A stretch of DNA of 64,000 bases from a virus, in the IMG/VR virus record IMGVR_UViG_3300022188_000007, positions 64,001 to 128,000 of that record. One strand, 5' to 3'. The notes beneath the pieces are model-generated. The model saw only the letters and a list, made by a program, of their open reading frames with translations. It had not been told where the DNA came from and did no database searches. This document shows, in pieces, positions 34,318 through 43,443 of the stretch. The position numbers were made by a program, and so were the translations under genes. How positions within the stretch are numbered: the first letter of the stretch is position 1; every line of letters starts with the position of its first letter.

Positions 34318-34902
34318 ATGACAATTCAATTAGTACCAATACGTGCAACAATCACAATAGGAGCCCTTACTGTAAGTACGCCTTATATACAATCATTTAA
34401 TGTGCGTAAAACAAGAGGCCAAATTAGCTCATTTGATGCAAGTTTAAAAGTGGATCATGGTGCCATTACTGGTAGTAACATGGGAGGTTTTGTTACTATC
34501 AGTGCAGGTAGTAGTGGACAGAGTAAAATATACACGGGGATTTTAAAGAAATCTACAGTATCCCCTTGTTGGGATGACCCTGGGTACGTATTATTAAATA
34601 TCAGTGGAACAGATGTATTAAGTCATTTACAAGGTAAAAAATATACTAGAAGATGTAGAGCTACTAAGAGTACTTGGATTAGTATTGACTCTGTTACTAG
34701 GGAAGGCCTTAGGGATGGAAAATTTAAAAAAGAGCATCAAGTATTATCAACCATGCCTAGCGCTATAGAAAAAGCACAAGAGCCTACTAAAACTGCAATG
34801 CCTTCAGCTAAGGCTTATACTCCAAAATCAGAAACGGAAAAAGTTGTCATAGTAAACTTTACTTCTATTGTAGGTACAGACCCAGGTCAAGGTGTTGCAT
34901 AA
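34318..34902 (+). CDS. Putative tail-tip hub-like (gp27/gpD N-terminal barrel) protein
   Basis: 'IQSFNVRKTRGQISSFDASL...KIYTGILKK...LLNISGTDVLSHL' follows the hub-protein barrel pattern. Confidence 0.5.
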   Translation: MTIQLVPIRATITIGALTVSTPYIQSFNVRKTRGQISSFDASLKVDHGAITGSNMGGFVTISAGSSGQSKIYTGILKKSTVSPCWDDPGYVLLNISGTDVLSHLQGKKYTRRCRATKSTWISIDSVTREGLRDGKFKKEHQVLSTMPSAIEKAQEPTKTAMPSAKAYTPKSETEKVVIVNFTSIVGTDPGQGVA

Positions 34903-34917
34903 GGAGCTTAAAAATAT

Positions 34918-35307
34918 ATGGCTAATATAACAAATATCTCAATATATTTAAGAGCAGGGGAGTCTTATACGTTACATGTTCCCGTGAACATGGCCAATAA
35001 TATGGGATATTTCCCTAGAAAAGGAAGTATTAAAAAAGAAAACGGAGAACCTACTGATTTTAAGAATGGGTTTTATGTGGAAAATGAAGAAGTAGGTTCT
35101 ATAACCAAGACTCATGGAGACAAGGTAGCTGTTGATTATACACATAAACTTCCAGCGGCAAATACTATTTGGTTTCATGCAGTGACTGGTGAACGTGCTA
35201 GAATTATGATATCTAATATTCAAGTGCATTCTCATGAATCAATTGCTACAGGTGGTCCAGCTTATGGTACGTATTTTAGTGATATTGATGCAGGGGGGAC
35301 AGACTAA
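34918..35307 (+). CDS. Small tail-tip protein with C-terminal HxH motif
   Basis: AAGGAG RBS; 'IQVHSHESIATGGPAYG'. Confidence 0.4.
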   Translation: MANITNISIYLRAGESYTLHVPVNMANNMGYFPRKGSIKKENGEPTDFKNGFYVENEEVGSITKTHGDKVAVDYTHKLPAANTIWFHAVTGERARIMISNIQVHSHESIATGGPAYGTYFSDIDAGGTD

Positions 35308-35909
35308 TGGCAGGTTGCTGCACTTTAGTTGGAAATTTTTTAAACGATACTGGAATAAGTCTACCTAATGGTTGCTTTCTCTCAGTGAACAGTAATGTAA
35401 ATACAGAGTACTCTGATACAGGCTGTGATGAAATGCTAGGAGGTTATACTATCGGCTCTTTAAACCTATCCGGTTATGCTGGAACTGAAGTATATACTGG
35501 TTGTGGTGGTCGAGCTGGTACACAGGTAATCTGGTTACGTAAGTATGATTGTTCTTCAGATATATTGTATTTTATATATGCGGGGGAAGGAAGGTCTTTT
35601 TTATCTGAAGATATAACTTTAGATGAGATCTCATTAAATAATACTTATCCTAATCGAACAAGAGTTTTAAGTGCCTCCGCACAGTCCGGCCCTACAGGGT
35701 TTTATACTGATGTGACACAGGCAGAAGGAAAAGGTATGACGTATGCCGGCGGTCCTATTAATTTTGATACTTCAAGTGAGGTCGGCTGCACTTTAGCCGA
35801 TATTGGACTCAGTAATAGTGGTAGTTCGTTGTATTTACAGAATTTTAGTATTGAATTAGTACCAGGATCAATCCCGGTAGCTAATTATTCTTTTGCATAT
35901 AATCCTTAA
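35307..35909 (+). CDS. Hypothetical tail-tip protein (possible tube-like fold)
   Basis: TAATG coupling; beta-rich; C-terminal 'LYLQNFSIELVPGSIPVANYSF'. Confidence 0.45.
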   Translation: MAGCCTLVGNFLNDTGISLPNGCFLSVNSNVNTEYSDTGCDEMLGGYTIGSLNLSGYAGTEVYTGCGGRAGTQVIWLRKYDCSSDILYFIYAGEGRSFLSEDITLDEISLNNTYPNRTRVLSASAQSGPTGFYTDVTQAEGKGMTYAGGPINFDTSSEVGCTLADIGLSNSGSSLYLQNFSIELVPGSIPVANYSFAYNP

Positions 35910-35923
35910 GGAGGAATATAAAA

Positions 35924-36211
35924 ATGACAAGTATTAGCAGTGGTTTAGAGTATCGTTTGAGGGCAGGGAGTCCAATGCCTACGTCTTCCCCAGGGGTGTT
36001 TGTACTTCATTCATTTATGGCAACGCTTTCATCTGTATACATTGACGATTGTGCCTCAAGTTTACCCTCAAGTAGTCAATTTCAAGGCCAAAGTTCAGGA
36101 GGTTATTTATCCGCTAGTTATTCCAGATTACCTTTATCTGAAGAGAGGTTTAAAGGTAAGATAAACGAGGGCCCGGCCTATGTAAGCGAATCTGCAGGAG
36201 GATATAATTAA
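35924..36211 (+). CDS. Hypothetical protein
   Basis: AAGGAGG RBS; co-oriented in operon. Confidence 0.6.
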   Translation: MTSISSGLEYRLRAGSPMPTSSPGVFVLHSFMATLSSVYIDDCASSLPSSSQFQGQSSGGYLSASYSRLPLSEERFKGKINEGPAYVSESAGGYN

Positions 36212-36217
36212 ATAATT

Positions 36218-36463
36218 ATGACCACCTTTATGGAATGCGAGTCTTTATCTATAAGCTATAATATTATGGGGATAGCTACAGTTAATTATACATTGGTTTC
36301 TACTGAAGAAGCTCCAGCATGGCCTTATAATAATGTGTCTGCAGGGAACCAAGTTTTCTCTGGTGTAGTTACTAATGTCTACACTCAACCTATAGCCAAT
36401 ACAGAGGATGCTTTAGGTGGTCCGTGGTATACTATAAATGTAACATTATTAGCGACAACTTAA
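36218..36463 (+). CDS. Hypothetical small beta-rich protein
   Basis: Tightly packed 81-aa ORF in operon. Confidence 0.55.
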   Translation: MTTFMECESLSISYNIMGIATVNYTLVSTEEAPAWPYNNVSAGNQVFSGVVTNVYTQPIANTEDALGGPWYTINVTLLATT

Positions 36464-36479
36464 TAGAGGAGGAATACTT

Positions 36480-36707
36480 ATGGCGTGCGGTGGGTGTGGT
36501 AAGCGAAGAAGGCCTAGTCCTAATACAAGAGCGGTAACTCCAGAGGCGTACGATTTAACTGGTGGTGTCGATGTCAGAAGTTTAAATGATAGACAGATAA
36601 AGGCTAGATTGGAAGTTTTTAAGCGTAAATTTTGTAAAACTTGTAGTAACAGGTATGTATGTAGTTATGCTATATATCTAGATTGTAAAGGACTTAATCC
36701 ACGGTAA
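36480..36707 (+). CDS. Small basic Cys-rich protein
   Basis: GAGGAGG RBS; MACGGCGKRRR N-terminus; CKTC-x5-C-x7-C. Confidence 0.6.
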   Translation: MACGGCGKRRRPSPNTRAVTPEAYDLTGGVDVRSLNDRQIKARLEVFKRKFCKTCSNRYVCSYAIYLDCKGLNPR

Positions 36708-36709
36708 TT

Positions 36710-36730
36710 AAGTAACCTAATATATTATAG
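36710..36730 (+). promoter_or_regulatory. Candidate phage promoter/operator AAGTAACCTAAT-N4-TATAG
   Basis: Recurs at 46425-46445 with the same spacing; both copies are intergenic and just upstream of an RBS. Confidence 0.5.
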
Positions 36731-36746
36731 AAAGGAGAAATAAAAT

Positions 36747-37424
36747 ATGAGTATTCAAGTAGTTATAGGCCAGTCCACTATAGTAGATTTCGGATCTGCC
36801 TGTGTGATATCAGCAAACTGGGCATTTGAGCCTGGTAAACAAGATGCTTTTTGTTTAGGGAGCTGGGTCCCCAGCGAGGATCATATGATATTCAAACCAC
36901 AACAAACATTAAGTGTAACCCTATATGCCCCAGGACCCTCACATAATGTAGAGCCATCTGATTCATGCGATATGACCGACACAATCGATGCTAGTGTGTC
37001 TCCAGGCTTATGTAACGGAACATCTGCACCAATAACAGGGCCATGGATGGTTACGAGTTATAATTATTCTAAAGAATCAAAAGACCAACCCGCACAAGAA
37101 AGTTGGTCTTTAATTAAGTACATAGGAGCCAGCGCTTTTTTAACAGGCAATGCAGCGTTGAGAGCAGTAGAGCCAGGAACAGTACTTAGAGGAATAGCCC
37201 AAGGCCAGTGTACTGACGAAGGAGTAACCGGTATCACCTTTGGAACAGGGGGAGCTTATGCAACTTCTGTAAATGGTAGTGTATCCGCTGGAGCGATAGG
37301 AAAACAAACTACAATGCAACACGGTGTGGTAGGCTCGATAGGAGGAGGCTCCAGTGATAAAAATGCTACTGGTACAGGAAGTACTTCAATTCCTTTAAAC
37401 CCTATTTATCAGGATGTAAGTTAA
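36747..37424 (+). CDS. Hypothetical tail protein (possible tube-like fold, Gly/Thr-rich C-terminus)
   Basis: AAGGAG RBS; 'QDAFCLGS' echoes the tube protein's 'EDIFELGH'; 'WMVTSYNYSKE...QESWSL'. Confidence 0.45.
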   Translation: MSIQVVIGQSTIVDFGSACVISANWAFEPGKQDAFCLGSWVPSEDHMIFKPQQTLSVTLYAPGPSHNVEPSDSCDMTDTIDASVSPGLCNGTSAPITGPWMVTSYNYSKESKDQPAQESWSLIKYIGASAFLTGNAALRAVEPGTVLRGIAQGQCTDEGVTGITFGTGGAYATSVNGSVSAGAIGKQTTMQHGVVGSIGGGSSDKNATGTGSTSIPLNPIYQDVS

Positions 37425-37426
37425 TT

Positions 37427-37861
37427 ATGAATGAATTTTTATTATCAGAACAATTTAAGTTAGAGCTCCATTGGAAGCAAGCTGCATATGATCAAGCAGG
37501 TATATGTAGATTAAAGGGGGCTTATTTTACAGGCCCAGTTTTACAAGTAGCTGTCCAGATACAATCTAATGATAGTATGTTACTGGATCTATATTCTCAG
37601 TATATAATGCTTGTTAAAGGTACTTATGTAGTTAAATTTTTGTGGGGGGATGTAGTTTATAATGAAGATGGTTCGAAGGTTTTTTTGTCGGACGCCAGGC
37701 TAGAGCATGAGGCAGACCTTAATTCTACACCTAATTTAGATTCTCTAGATTACTTTGTAATTGACACGAGTGATCACGAAATTAGTATACATCATCGTCA
37801 TCTAGTGTATAAGACTTTTTTAATAAATTCTAACAACACTTTATATAGGTTTAATGAATGA
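37427..37861 (+). CDS. Hypothetical protein
   Basis: 144-aa ORF, ATGA overlap with the next gene. Confidence 0.6.
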   Translation: MNEFLLSEQFKLELHWKQAAYDQAGICRLKGAYFTGPVLQVAVQIQSNDSMLLDLYSQYIMLVKGTYVVKFLWGDVVYNEDGSKVFLSDARLEHEADLNSTPNLDSLDYFVIDTSDHEISIHHRHLVYKTFLINSNNTLYRFNE

Positions 37862-38352
37862 GTTATTTAGATAAGTTGTGCATAACAGTTTCTGGTACTA
37901 CCAGTGAGGAGATATGGAAAGAGATTCGTTCTTCTGTTGGTGGGACTCAATTTGATAGCCAAGACGCTATTGATCGAATGAATTGGGAGATAGCGGACTA
38001 TGACGCATGGGTAGGTGAGAATGGTTTTGTGCCCTTTGATAAGTGGTTGTTGTGGTTGATCAGAATAGGTACTGTTAGATATGGTAATTTACCTAGTAAT
38101 AAAATACATGAAGGTAAAGTTGGTCATAGTTATGCTCCATGTCCTTACTCTACTCAAAGTGATGAACTAAAGACCAGGCTCATGTTAAAGTTAAAACCAT
38201 CTGACCCATTACCTGCTAAAGCAGACCACACAGAGTCAGGGGTTACTTATTATTTAAGAACAACAGCTAGAGGTAGTAGGTGGGGGCAAGGGTGTACTTT
38301 TATAGGCTGCCCGTATTATATTTTAAATACTCAAAATTATTTTTATACTTAA
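37858..38352 (+). CDS. Hypothetical protein
   Basis: 164-aa ORF, translationally coupled. Confidence 0.6.
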   Translation: MSYLDKLCITVSGTTSEEIWKEIRSSVGGTQFDSQDAIDRMNWEIADYDAWVGENGFVPFDKWLLWLIRIGTVRYGNLPSNKIHEGKVGHSYAPCPYSTQSDELKTRLMLKLKPSDPLPAKADHTESGVTYYLRTTARGSRWGQGCTFIGCPYYILNTQNYFYT

Positions 38353-38370
38353 AAACTAGGAGGAAAAGAA

Positions 38371-39351
38371 ATGGCACTAAACATTGATACTCAGGATCTT
38401 GAAAATTTTCCTGGAACAACAAAAAGAATTACAATCGATTTAAGTAGTATAGTCCCGATAGGGGCTGAAGGGGATGAAAAGTTTGTATTAAGTACAGTAA
38501 CTAACTCTTATAGTGATAATGAGGAGCGTACAGGTATACAAGATCTTTATGTGACTAATATGACTGCAGGTTGGTGTAAAAGCTCAGGGTTTGCTGGCTC
38601 TTCAGGTAAGTTTTATTTAGATGATACGCATAAAAGCCTAAAGGTACGGATGGACGCTACAGTGAGCGGGACAGATGGTAGTGGTTTTTATACTGTAGAT
38701 CTGACTCCCAATGATGATGATACTCCGGTGTCAGGGGAAGTAGTAGCAGCTGAATTAGAAACAAAGATAAGGGCTGTAAGTGATGTTATTGATCCTATTG
38801 ACGCTGGGTTTTCTACCGCGTATAGAAATGCCTCTGTGGAATATAAAAATGGTAAATTCTGGATAGTTTCTGGAAGTATCAGTAATTATTACTCAGGCAA
38901 CCTAAGATCTTCGGTAGTTATTAAAGCAGCAACCGCTAACGATTGTGCTCAAGTTTTAGGGTTTGATCTTCCTACTACAAGTTTTGATTTATCTAACGTA
39001 GCAGTTAAAGAAACTCTATTAAACTCAGGATACACTGCTGATACAGATACATTGAGTGTAAATACTGGTACGGGAGCTTCAGCTGGTATGGCTTTTATGA
39101 TCACTGATGGCACTAACACTGAATATTTTACAGCGTTGTCAGGAACCACTGATTCTAGTATTAAAGTGGCTACTTTAGGAACCAATGCCTATACCGGAAT
39201 AGAAAATTCCTATGGAGCTAATTCTGCTAAGTTACAATTAATGAAGGAACAAGACCCTGAAAGTGTACCTACTAATTGGTATACTTCTATTGATCAATTG
39301 GTTCGTTATGGTATAAAGGCATTGGCAAGTCAAATAGATTACAGTAGTTAA
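38371..39351 (+). CDS. Virion structural protein with a domain shared with 51214..52788 and the last ORF
   Basis: GGAGG RBS; 'LKVRMD...VAAELETKIR...VEYKNGKFWIVSG...SSVVI...AQVLGF'. Confidence 0.5.
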   Translation: MALNIDTQDLENFPGTTKRITIDLSSIVPIGAEGDEKFVLSTVTNSYSDNEERTGIQDLYVTNMTAGWCKSSGFAGSSGKFYLDDTHKSLKVRMDATVSGTDGSGFYTVDLTPNDDDTPVSGEVVAAELETKIRAVSDVIDPIDAGFSTAYRNASVEYKNGKFWIVSGSISNYYSGNLRSSVVIKAATANDCAQVLGFDLPTTSFDLSNVAVKETLLNSGYTADTDTLSVNTGTGASAGMAFMITDGTNTEYFTALSGTTDSSIKVATLGTNAYTGIENSYGANSAKLQLMKEQDPESVPTNWYTSIDQLVRYGIKALASQIDYSS

Positions 39352-39370
39352 TTATTAAAAGGTTATCATT

Positions 39371-39793
39371 ATGAAGATACATAAGTTTTGGAACACACTC
39401 TGCATTGATTTGGACTATAGATTTTTTTCAGGTATCCCTATAGTGGATTTTAAGTTAATGTATGACTCTATGGATGTAGAATTCTTACACTTTGTCCCAA
39501 CTTTAGATGAAGTATTAGCGCTAGGATTAGTCAGTGGGATTAAGTTATCAGGGACAGAAGGGGCCGTAGTAATGAGTGCCAAAGCCTTTGATGTACTTAA
39601 GCCTCAATTTGATGGATTTAATAAAGTTTTTAGTGTACCTATACTATTTATTGTTGAAAATGATTACAATCCTTTAGGATTGCATCAAGCTGTATTGAAA
39701 GATGATGCTAATGTCATCAATAAATTAGTAGCATATATTAACAGTAGCAATGAATCAGCAATTTTAGTAATTAAAGGAGGGACACTGACATGA
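39371..39793 (+). CDS. Degenerate TPP-enzyme PYR-domain protein (ComD / phosphonopyruvate decarboxylase alpha-like)
   Basis: 'YRFFSGIP...HFVPTLDEVLALGLVSGIKLSGTEGAVVM' parallels the family pattern 'FFxGVP...IPxxxExxAVGIAAGAYLAGKxxAVLMQ'. Confidence 0.6.
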   Translation: MKIHKFWNTLCIDLDYRFFSGIPIVDFKLMYDSMDVEFLHFVPTLDEVLALGLVSGIKLSGTEGAVVMSAKAFDVLKPQFDGFNKVFSVPILFIVENDYNPLGLHQAVLKDDANVINKLVAYINSSNESAILVIKGGTLT

Positions 39794-40431
39794 CTATGAC
39801 TAGGAAAAAGATTCTAAATGGTATAGCCGCTTTGGTATTTGATACTGATATTGTTTTTTGTATTGGTAATACGTTATGTAGGGAAGCTCCAAAATTCACA
39901 GAGACTACTGTTTTTTTAGGTGATAATTTTACTGATTTTTTCTCAGTAATTACTGGAGTAGCGATGACGACCGATAAACGTGTGCTTGTTATAGTGGAAG
40001 ACCAGTATCTGTTAAGATATTTTAACTCTATTCTTCAAGCAGCAGTAAGTAAATGCACTAATTTATTTATAATAGTTGTAGTTACGTCTCTATATGAGGC
40101 ATTAGTAACTCAACCTAACTTATTTAAGGCATTAAGATCTATTAAAGGCATATTATTTAATTCAGGGATGTTAACTCATGAGTATACTAGGTATTTGGAA
40201 ACTAAAGCTTCAATTAAACAGTTGAAAGATATATACTATAATACTATGGGGCCGGTAGTAGGTTTAGTAGCTGTGTCGAGTAATAGGTTATATAATATTA
40301 ATTCTGATAGTATTTTTACAGAAGAGTTGGATACAATAAGTGAATTTATACAGAATAAAGAAATAGAGACTTCAATTCCAGAAGAGAAGCGTAGGGTACT
40401 AGATTTAGATAAAATCATGAAGGTGAAATAA
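39790..40431 (+). CDS. Degenerate TPP-enzyme PP-domain protein (ComE / decarboxylase beta-like)
   Basis: 'MTRKKIL...DIVFCIGNTLCRE...SVITGVAMTTDKRVLVIVEDQYLLRYFNSI...NLFIIVVVTSLYEALVTQP' parallels ComE; GDG is replaced by EDQ and the terminal DN by TS. Confidence 0.6.
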   Translation: MTMTRKKILNGIAALVFDTDIVFCIGNTLCREAPKFTETTVFLGDNFTDFFSVITGVAMTTDKRVLVIVEDQYLLRYFNSILQAAVSKCTNLFIIVVVTSLYEALVTQPNLFKALRSIKGILFNSGMLTHEYTRYLETKASIKQLKDIYYNTMGPVVGLVAVSSNRLYNINSDSIFTEELDTISEFIQNKEIETSIPEEKRRVLDLDKIMKVK

Positions 40432-40950
40432 ATGGCACATATTTTAGTTAAAAATAGTTTAAGTAATTATAAGGCAGTGTTAGTTGACATTAATTTTCCT
40501 ATAACTGTAACAACTGATTCTGCAGGTGACCCTCAGTGGGTTTTAGAAACTGCTTCTACATACCCATCTGCTAGTGGTACTAAGATCAGACCGGCTTATG
40601 CACATAAAGCTACAGCATTTAATAGTCTAGATGACGCAGTTGCTGATGCTATATCAGAGATTGCTAAGCAAATTGATTGGCTTCCTTTAGTGGAGGATGA
40701 TACTCCTCCATATATATCAGATATAAGGCCTTTAGGTGGTGCTGTTTCAATAGCTTCTAATATTAATATAGATATAAAGGACGATGTTCCTTCAGCCGGC
40801 ATAGATTTATCAGAAGTAAAGGTAACACTGACTACAGAGAATACTGAATTTGATATTACAGATGAATGTGTTATGGATGGAGATCCTTTTTATTATAATA
40901 TACATTGGGAACCTCCTACTAGGGTAACAAGAAATTATAAACAGGAGTAA
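40432..40950 (+). CDS. Virion protein with C-terminal Ig-like domain
   Basis: 'DDTPPYISDIRP...NINIDIKDD..SAGIDLSEVKVTL' resembles Big_5/SbsA-type Ig domains. Confidence 0.55.
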   Translation: MAHILVKNSLSNYKAVLVDINFPITVTTDSAGDPQWVLETASTYPSASGTKIRPAYAHKATAFNSLDDAVADAISEIAKQIDWLPLVEDDTPPYISDIRPLGGAVSIASNINIDIKDDVPSAGIDLSEVKVTLTTENTEFDITDECVMDGDPFYYNIHWEPPTRVTRNYKQE

Positions 40951-40952
40951 TT

Positions 40953-42209
40953 ATGACTACAGATAATTTAAAATTTAGAAAACCTCACATGACTTTCATA
41001 GACGGCTATTTTTACATGCTTGATGATGACACAGACATGCTTCTTCAGAAAACAGATGATGGCATTACTGCATTTTCTTACCCATTTGATACTTTAATGA
41101 CAGACGAGGTCCTAAGTCTTGAGTATGATGGCATCAACTTTTGGTCCCTGCATAATGGGGAAGTTGCTAGTACCTTAGTCGTTGGTAGGTGGAGAATAGA
41201 AAATTATATATGTAAATTAAAAGAAACTATTACATTGAGCAATCCAGGACACAATTTTAATGGCGAAGCATTTACTGTGGAACACTACCATTGTACTATA
41301 AGCGGTGCTTATTTACCTGGGGATGCAATTATAACCGTTGAATCAGATATTGCAGAATTACCTGGTGAATTATTAAGTGGTATGTCTGCCACTATAGGTC
41401 CTAATTATAATGGAAAAAGTGAAACAATCAACATCCAACATGTTGATGGTAATGTAATAACTTTTGCCGACCCTTTAGAGTACAATTATGAGGAGGGCCA
41501 GGAACTTAAATTTTATAATCATATATGGTTATTTAATAATGCTCATGAATTGGATACAAATAATGGCGCGCTTTATAAAATAAATGCCTACTCAGGGTCT
41601 ATTTTATTTATATATCCCAGTGGGGTATACAAGGATGTAAAAGCAACCACTTTTTCAGAGATAGATCATTTCATAGATTTCGGGGTGATAAACTCTTTGA
41701 TGTATGTAAAGGCTAGTAATTTATTATTTGTTGATATAACTTCGTCTGTATTAGAGTTGGGGTATTATGGCTCTATGGCAATGGACACTATAGACGCTAA
41801 CGAGGTGGATATCCTGGATGTTCTTGATATTTCTGTGTACGGAAAGAATGTGTATAGGTTACAGGAGAAAGCAACTTATTTCGGTACTACCTCCACTTGG
41901 GCGACTTATAGTTATCAAGCAGCTACATTTAATCAGATGGTAGCTTCCATATCAATGACAGCAACGCCTAATATTATAGCTGCTAATGAGGTCAGTGTTT
42001 CAGAAATAGAAGCTAGAGTTAAGGACCAATTTTTACAGCCAATAGTAGGCCGTTTAATTTATTTTGCTGTAGCTTCTCAATCTACTGGAGTTATCGTAGA
42101 TGGCTCAGAATATGTTAATACAGACGCTAGTGGGGTGGCGCTTTCTACATATAGATCTGGGTTGGAGGCAGAACTAATTCAGATAACAGCAAGGGTACAA
42201 CAGGTCTAG
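40953..42209 (+). CDS. Virion protein with C-terminal Big_1 (invasin-like) Ig domain, paralog 1
   Basis: 'SISMTATPNIIAANEVSVSEIEARVKDQFLQPIVGRLIYF...NTDASGVALSTY'. Confidence 0.65.
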   Translation: MTTDNLKFRKPHMTFIDGYFYMLDDDTDMLLQKTDDGITAFSYPFDTLMTDEVLSLEYDGINFWSLHNGEVASTLVVGRWRIENYICKLKETITLSNPGHNFNGEAFTVEHYHCTISGAYLPGDAIITVESDIAELPGELLSGMSATIGPNYNGKSETINIQHVDGNVITFADPLEYNYEEGQELKFYNHIWLFNNAHELDTNNGALYKINAYSGSILFIYPSGVYKDVKATTFSEIDHFIDFGVINSLMYVKASNLLFVDITSSVLELGYYGSMAMDTIDANEVDILDVLDISVYGKNVYRLQEKATYFGTTSTWATYSYQAATFNQMVASISMTATPNIIAANEVSVSEIEARVKDQFLQPIVGRLIYFAVASQSTGVIVDGSEYVNTDASGVALSTYRSGLEAELIQITARVQQV

Positions 42210-42211
42210 TA

Positions 42212-43429
42212 ATGACTTATGAGAATATTAAATTTAATAAAGACCACTGCGTAGTACGTAATGGTTATTTTTATTATATAGATGAGTTAAATAATGTTCT
42301 ATACCAGAAAGCTTCTGATGGCTTAGCTGTTTTTACATATCCCATCATAGACATAGTTGGCTCCCCAGTAAAATGTATGGGGTTCGATGGTCGTTACTTT
42401 TGGGCTCTTCAAGAGGGCCCCACCAGCCAGGACATCACCATAAAAAAATATTACGAAGTTAATTATGTAATACATTTAAAAGAAACGTTAGAGTTTTATA
42501 ATGACCCAGACCATTCTTTTGATGTGGACACTTTTACGTTAGAGTTCTATAATACCACTTTGTCAGGTGCTGTGTCTAAAAATGATACTTCGATAGTTAT
42601 TAGTAATTACACCGAGAGGGCAGTACCTGGTACTGTTGTGACATTAGGCCCTAACAGTAAGGGGGACTATGAGGATGTAACGGTTACCGGAACACTTAGT
42701 GATAGTCAGACACTTGGCCTAGACTTTTTTATTGAGCACGACTACGCTGGAGGCGTTCCAGTATATTTTGCAACTAATTTATGGTTATTAAACAAATACG
42801 CATTTAAGGTCTATGATGATGGAGCTCTTTATAAGGTCAACCTACCTAAAAAAGAAATCGAATCTATAACTGTTGATGCTGATTTTGCGGCCATAACTGC
42901 TAGTTGTTTTTATACTACATTCACAGACAGCTATGTACTTCTTGCTTGGGAGAATAGTTTGCGTTTTTTAAATCTTAATACCTTGGTAGTAGATAAAACT
43001 ATGGTATTAGATAATATAAAAGTGGACAAGGCCACTATAATACCTATAGTCGCATTACAATTGGATGGTGACACTTTATATAGATTACAAAGATCAGCGA
43101 CATATTTTGGTGTGGATAATGATTTCTCAACTGTTAATTTTCAACCCTCTCCGATGCGTCCTTTTGTGGACTCAGTGTCCATAGATGTATTACCTAAGAT
43201 TCTGCCAGCTAATGGTATAAATGTAGCTGATGTAGAGGCTGTAGTAAAGGATCAATATGGTGCGCCTATTCAAATTAAACCAGTGGTTTTTGAAGACTCA
43301 GATGAGGTAGGGTTTATAACAATAAAAGATGTTTATACTAATTTAGTAGGAACAGCTAAAACTTATTACAAGGCTGGGATAGTACCTAATACTGTATTTT
43401 TGATGGTAACAGCCACTCAATATGACTAA
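42212..43429 (+). CDS. Virion protein with C-terminal Big_1 Ig domain, paralog 2
   Basis: Full-length similarity to 40953..42209 (NIKF, QKASDG..F.YP, GALYK.N, YRLQ..ATYFG, VKDQ). Confidence 0.65.
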   Translation: MTYENIKFNKDHCVVRNGYFYYIDELNNVLYQKASDGLAVFTYPIIDIVGSPVKCMGFDGRYFWALQEGPTSQDITIKKYYEVNYVIHLKETLEFYNDPDHSFDVDTFTLEFYNTTLSGAVSKNDTSIVISNYTERAVPGTVVTLGPNSKGDYEDVTVTGTLSDSQTLGLDFFIEHDYAGGVPVYFATNLWLLNKYAFKVYDDGALYKVNLPKKEIESITVDADFAAITASCFYTTFTDSYVLLAWENSLRFLNLNTLVVDKTMVLDNIKVDKATIIPIVALQLDGDTLYRLQRSATYFGVDNDFSTVNFQPSPMRPFVDSVSIDVLPKILPANGINVADVEAVVKDQYGAPIQIKPVVFEDSDEVGFITIKDVYTNLVGTAKTYYKAGIVPNTVFLMVTATQYD

Positions 43430-43443
43430 AGGGGTTCATTCTA

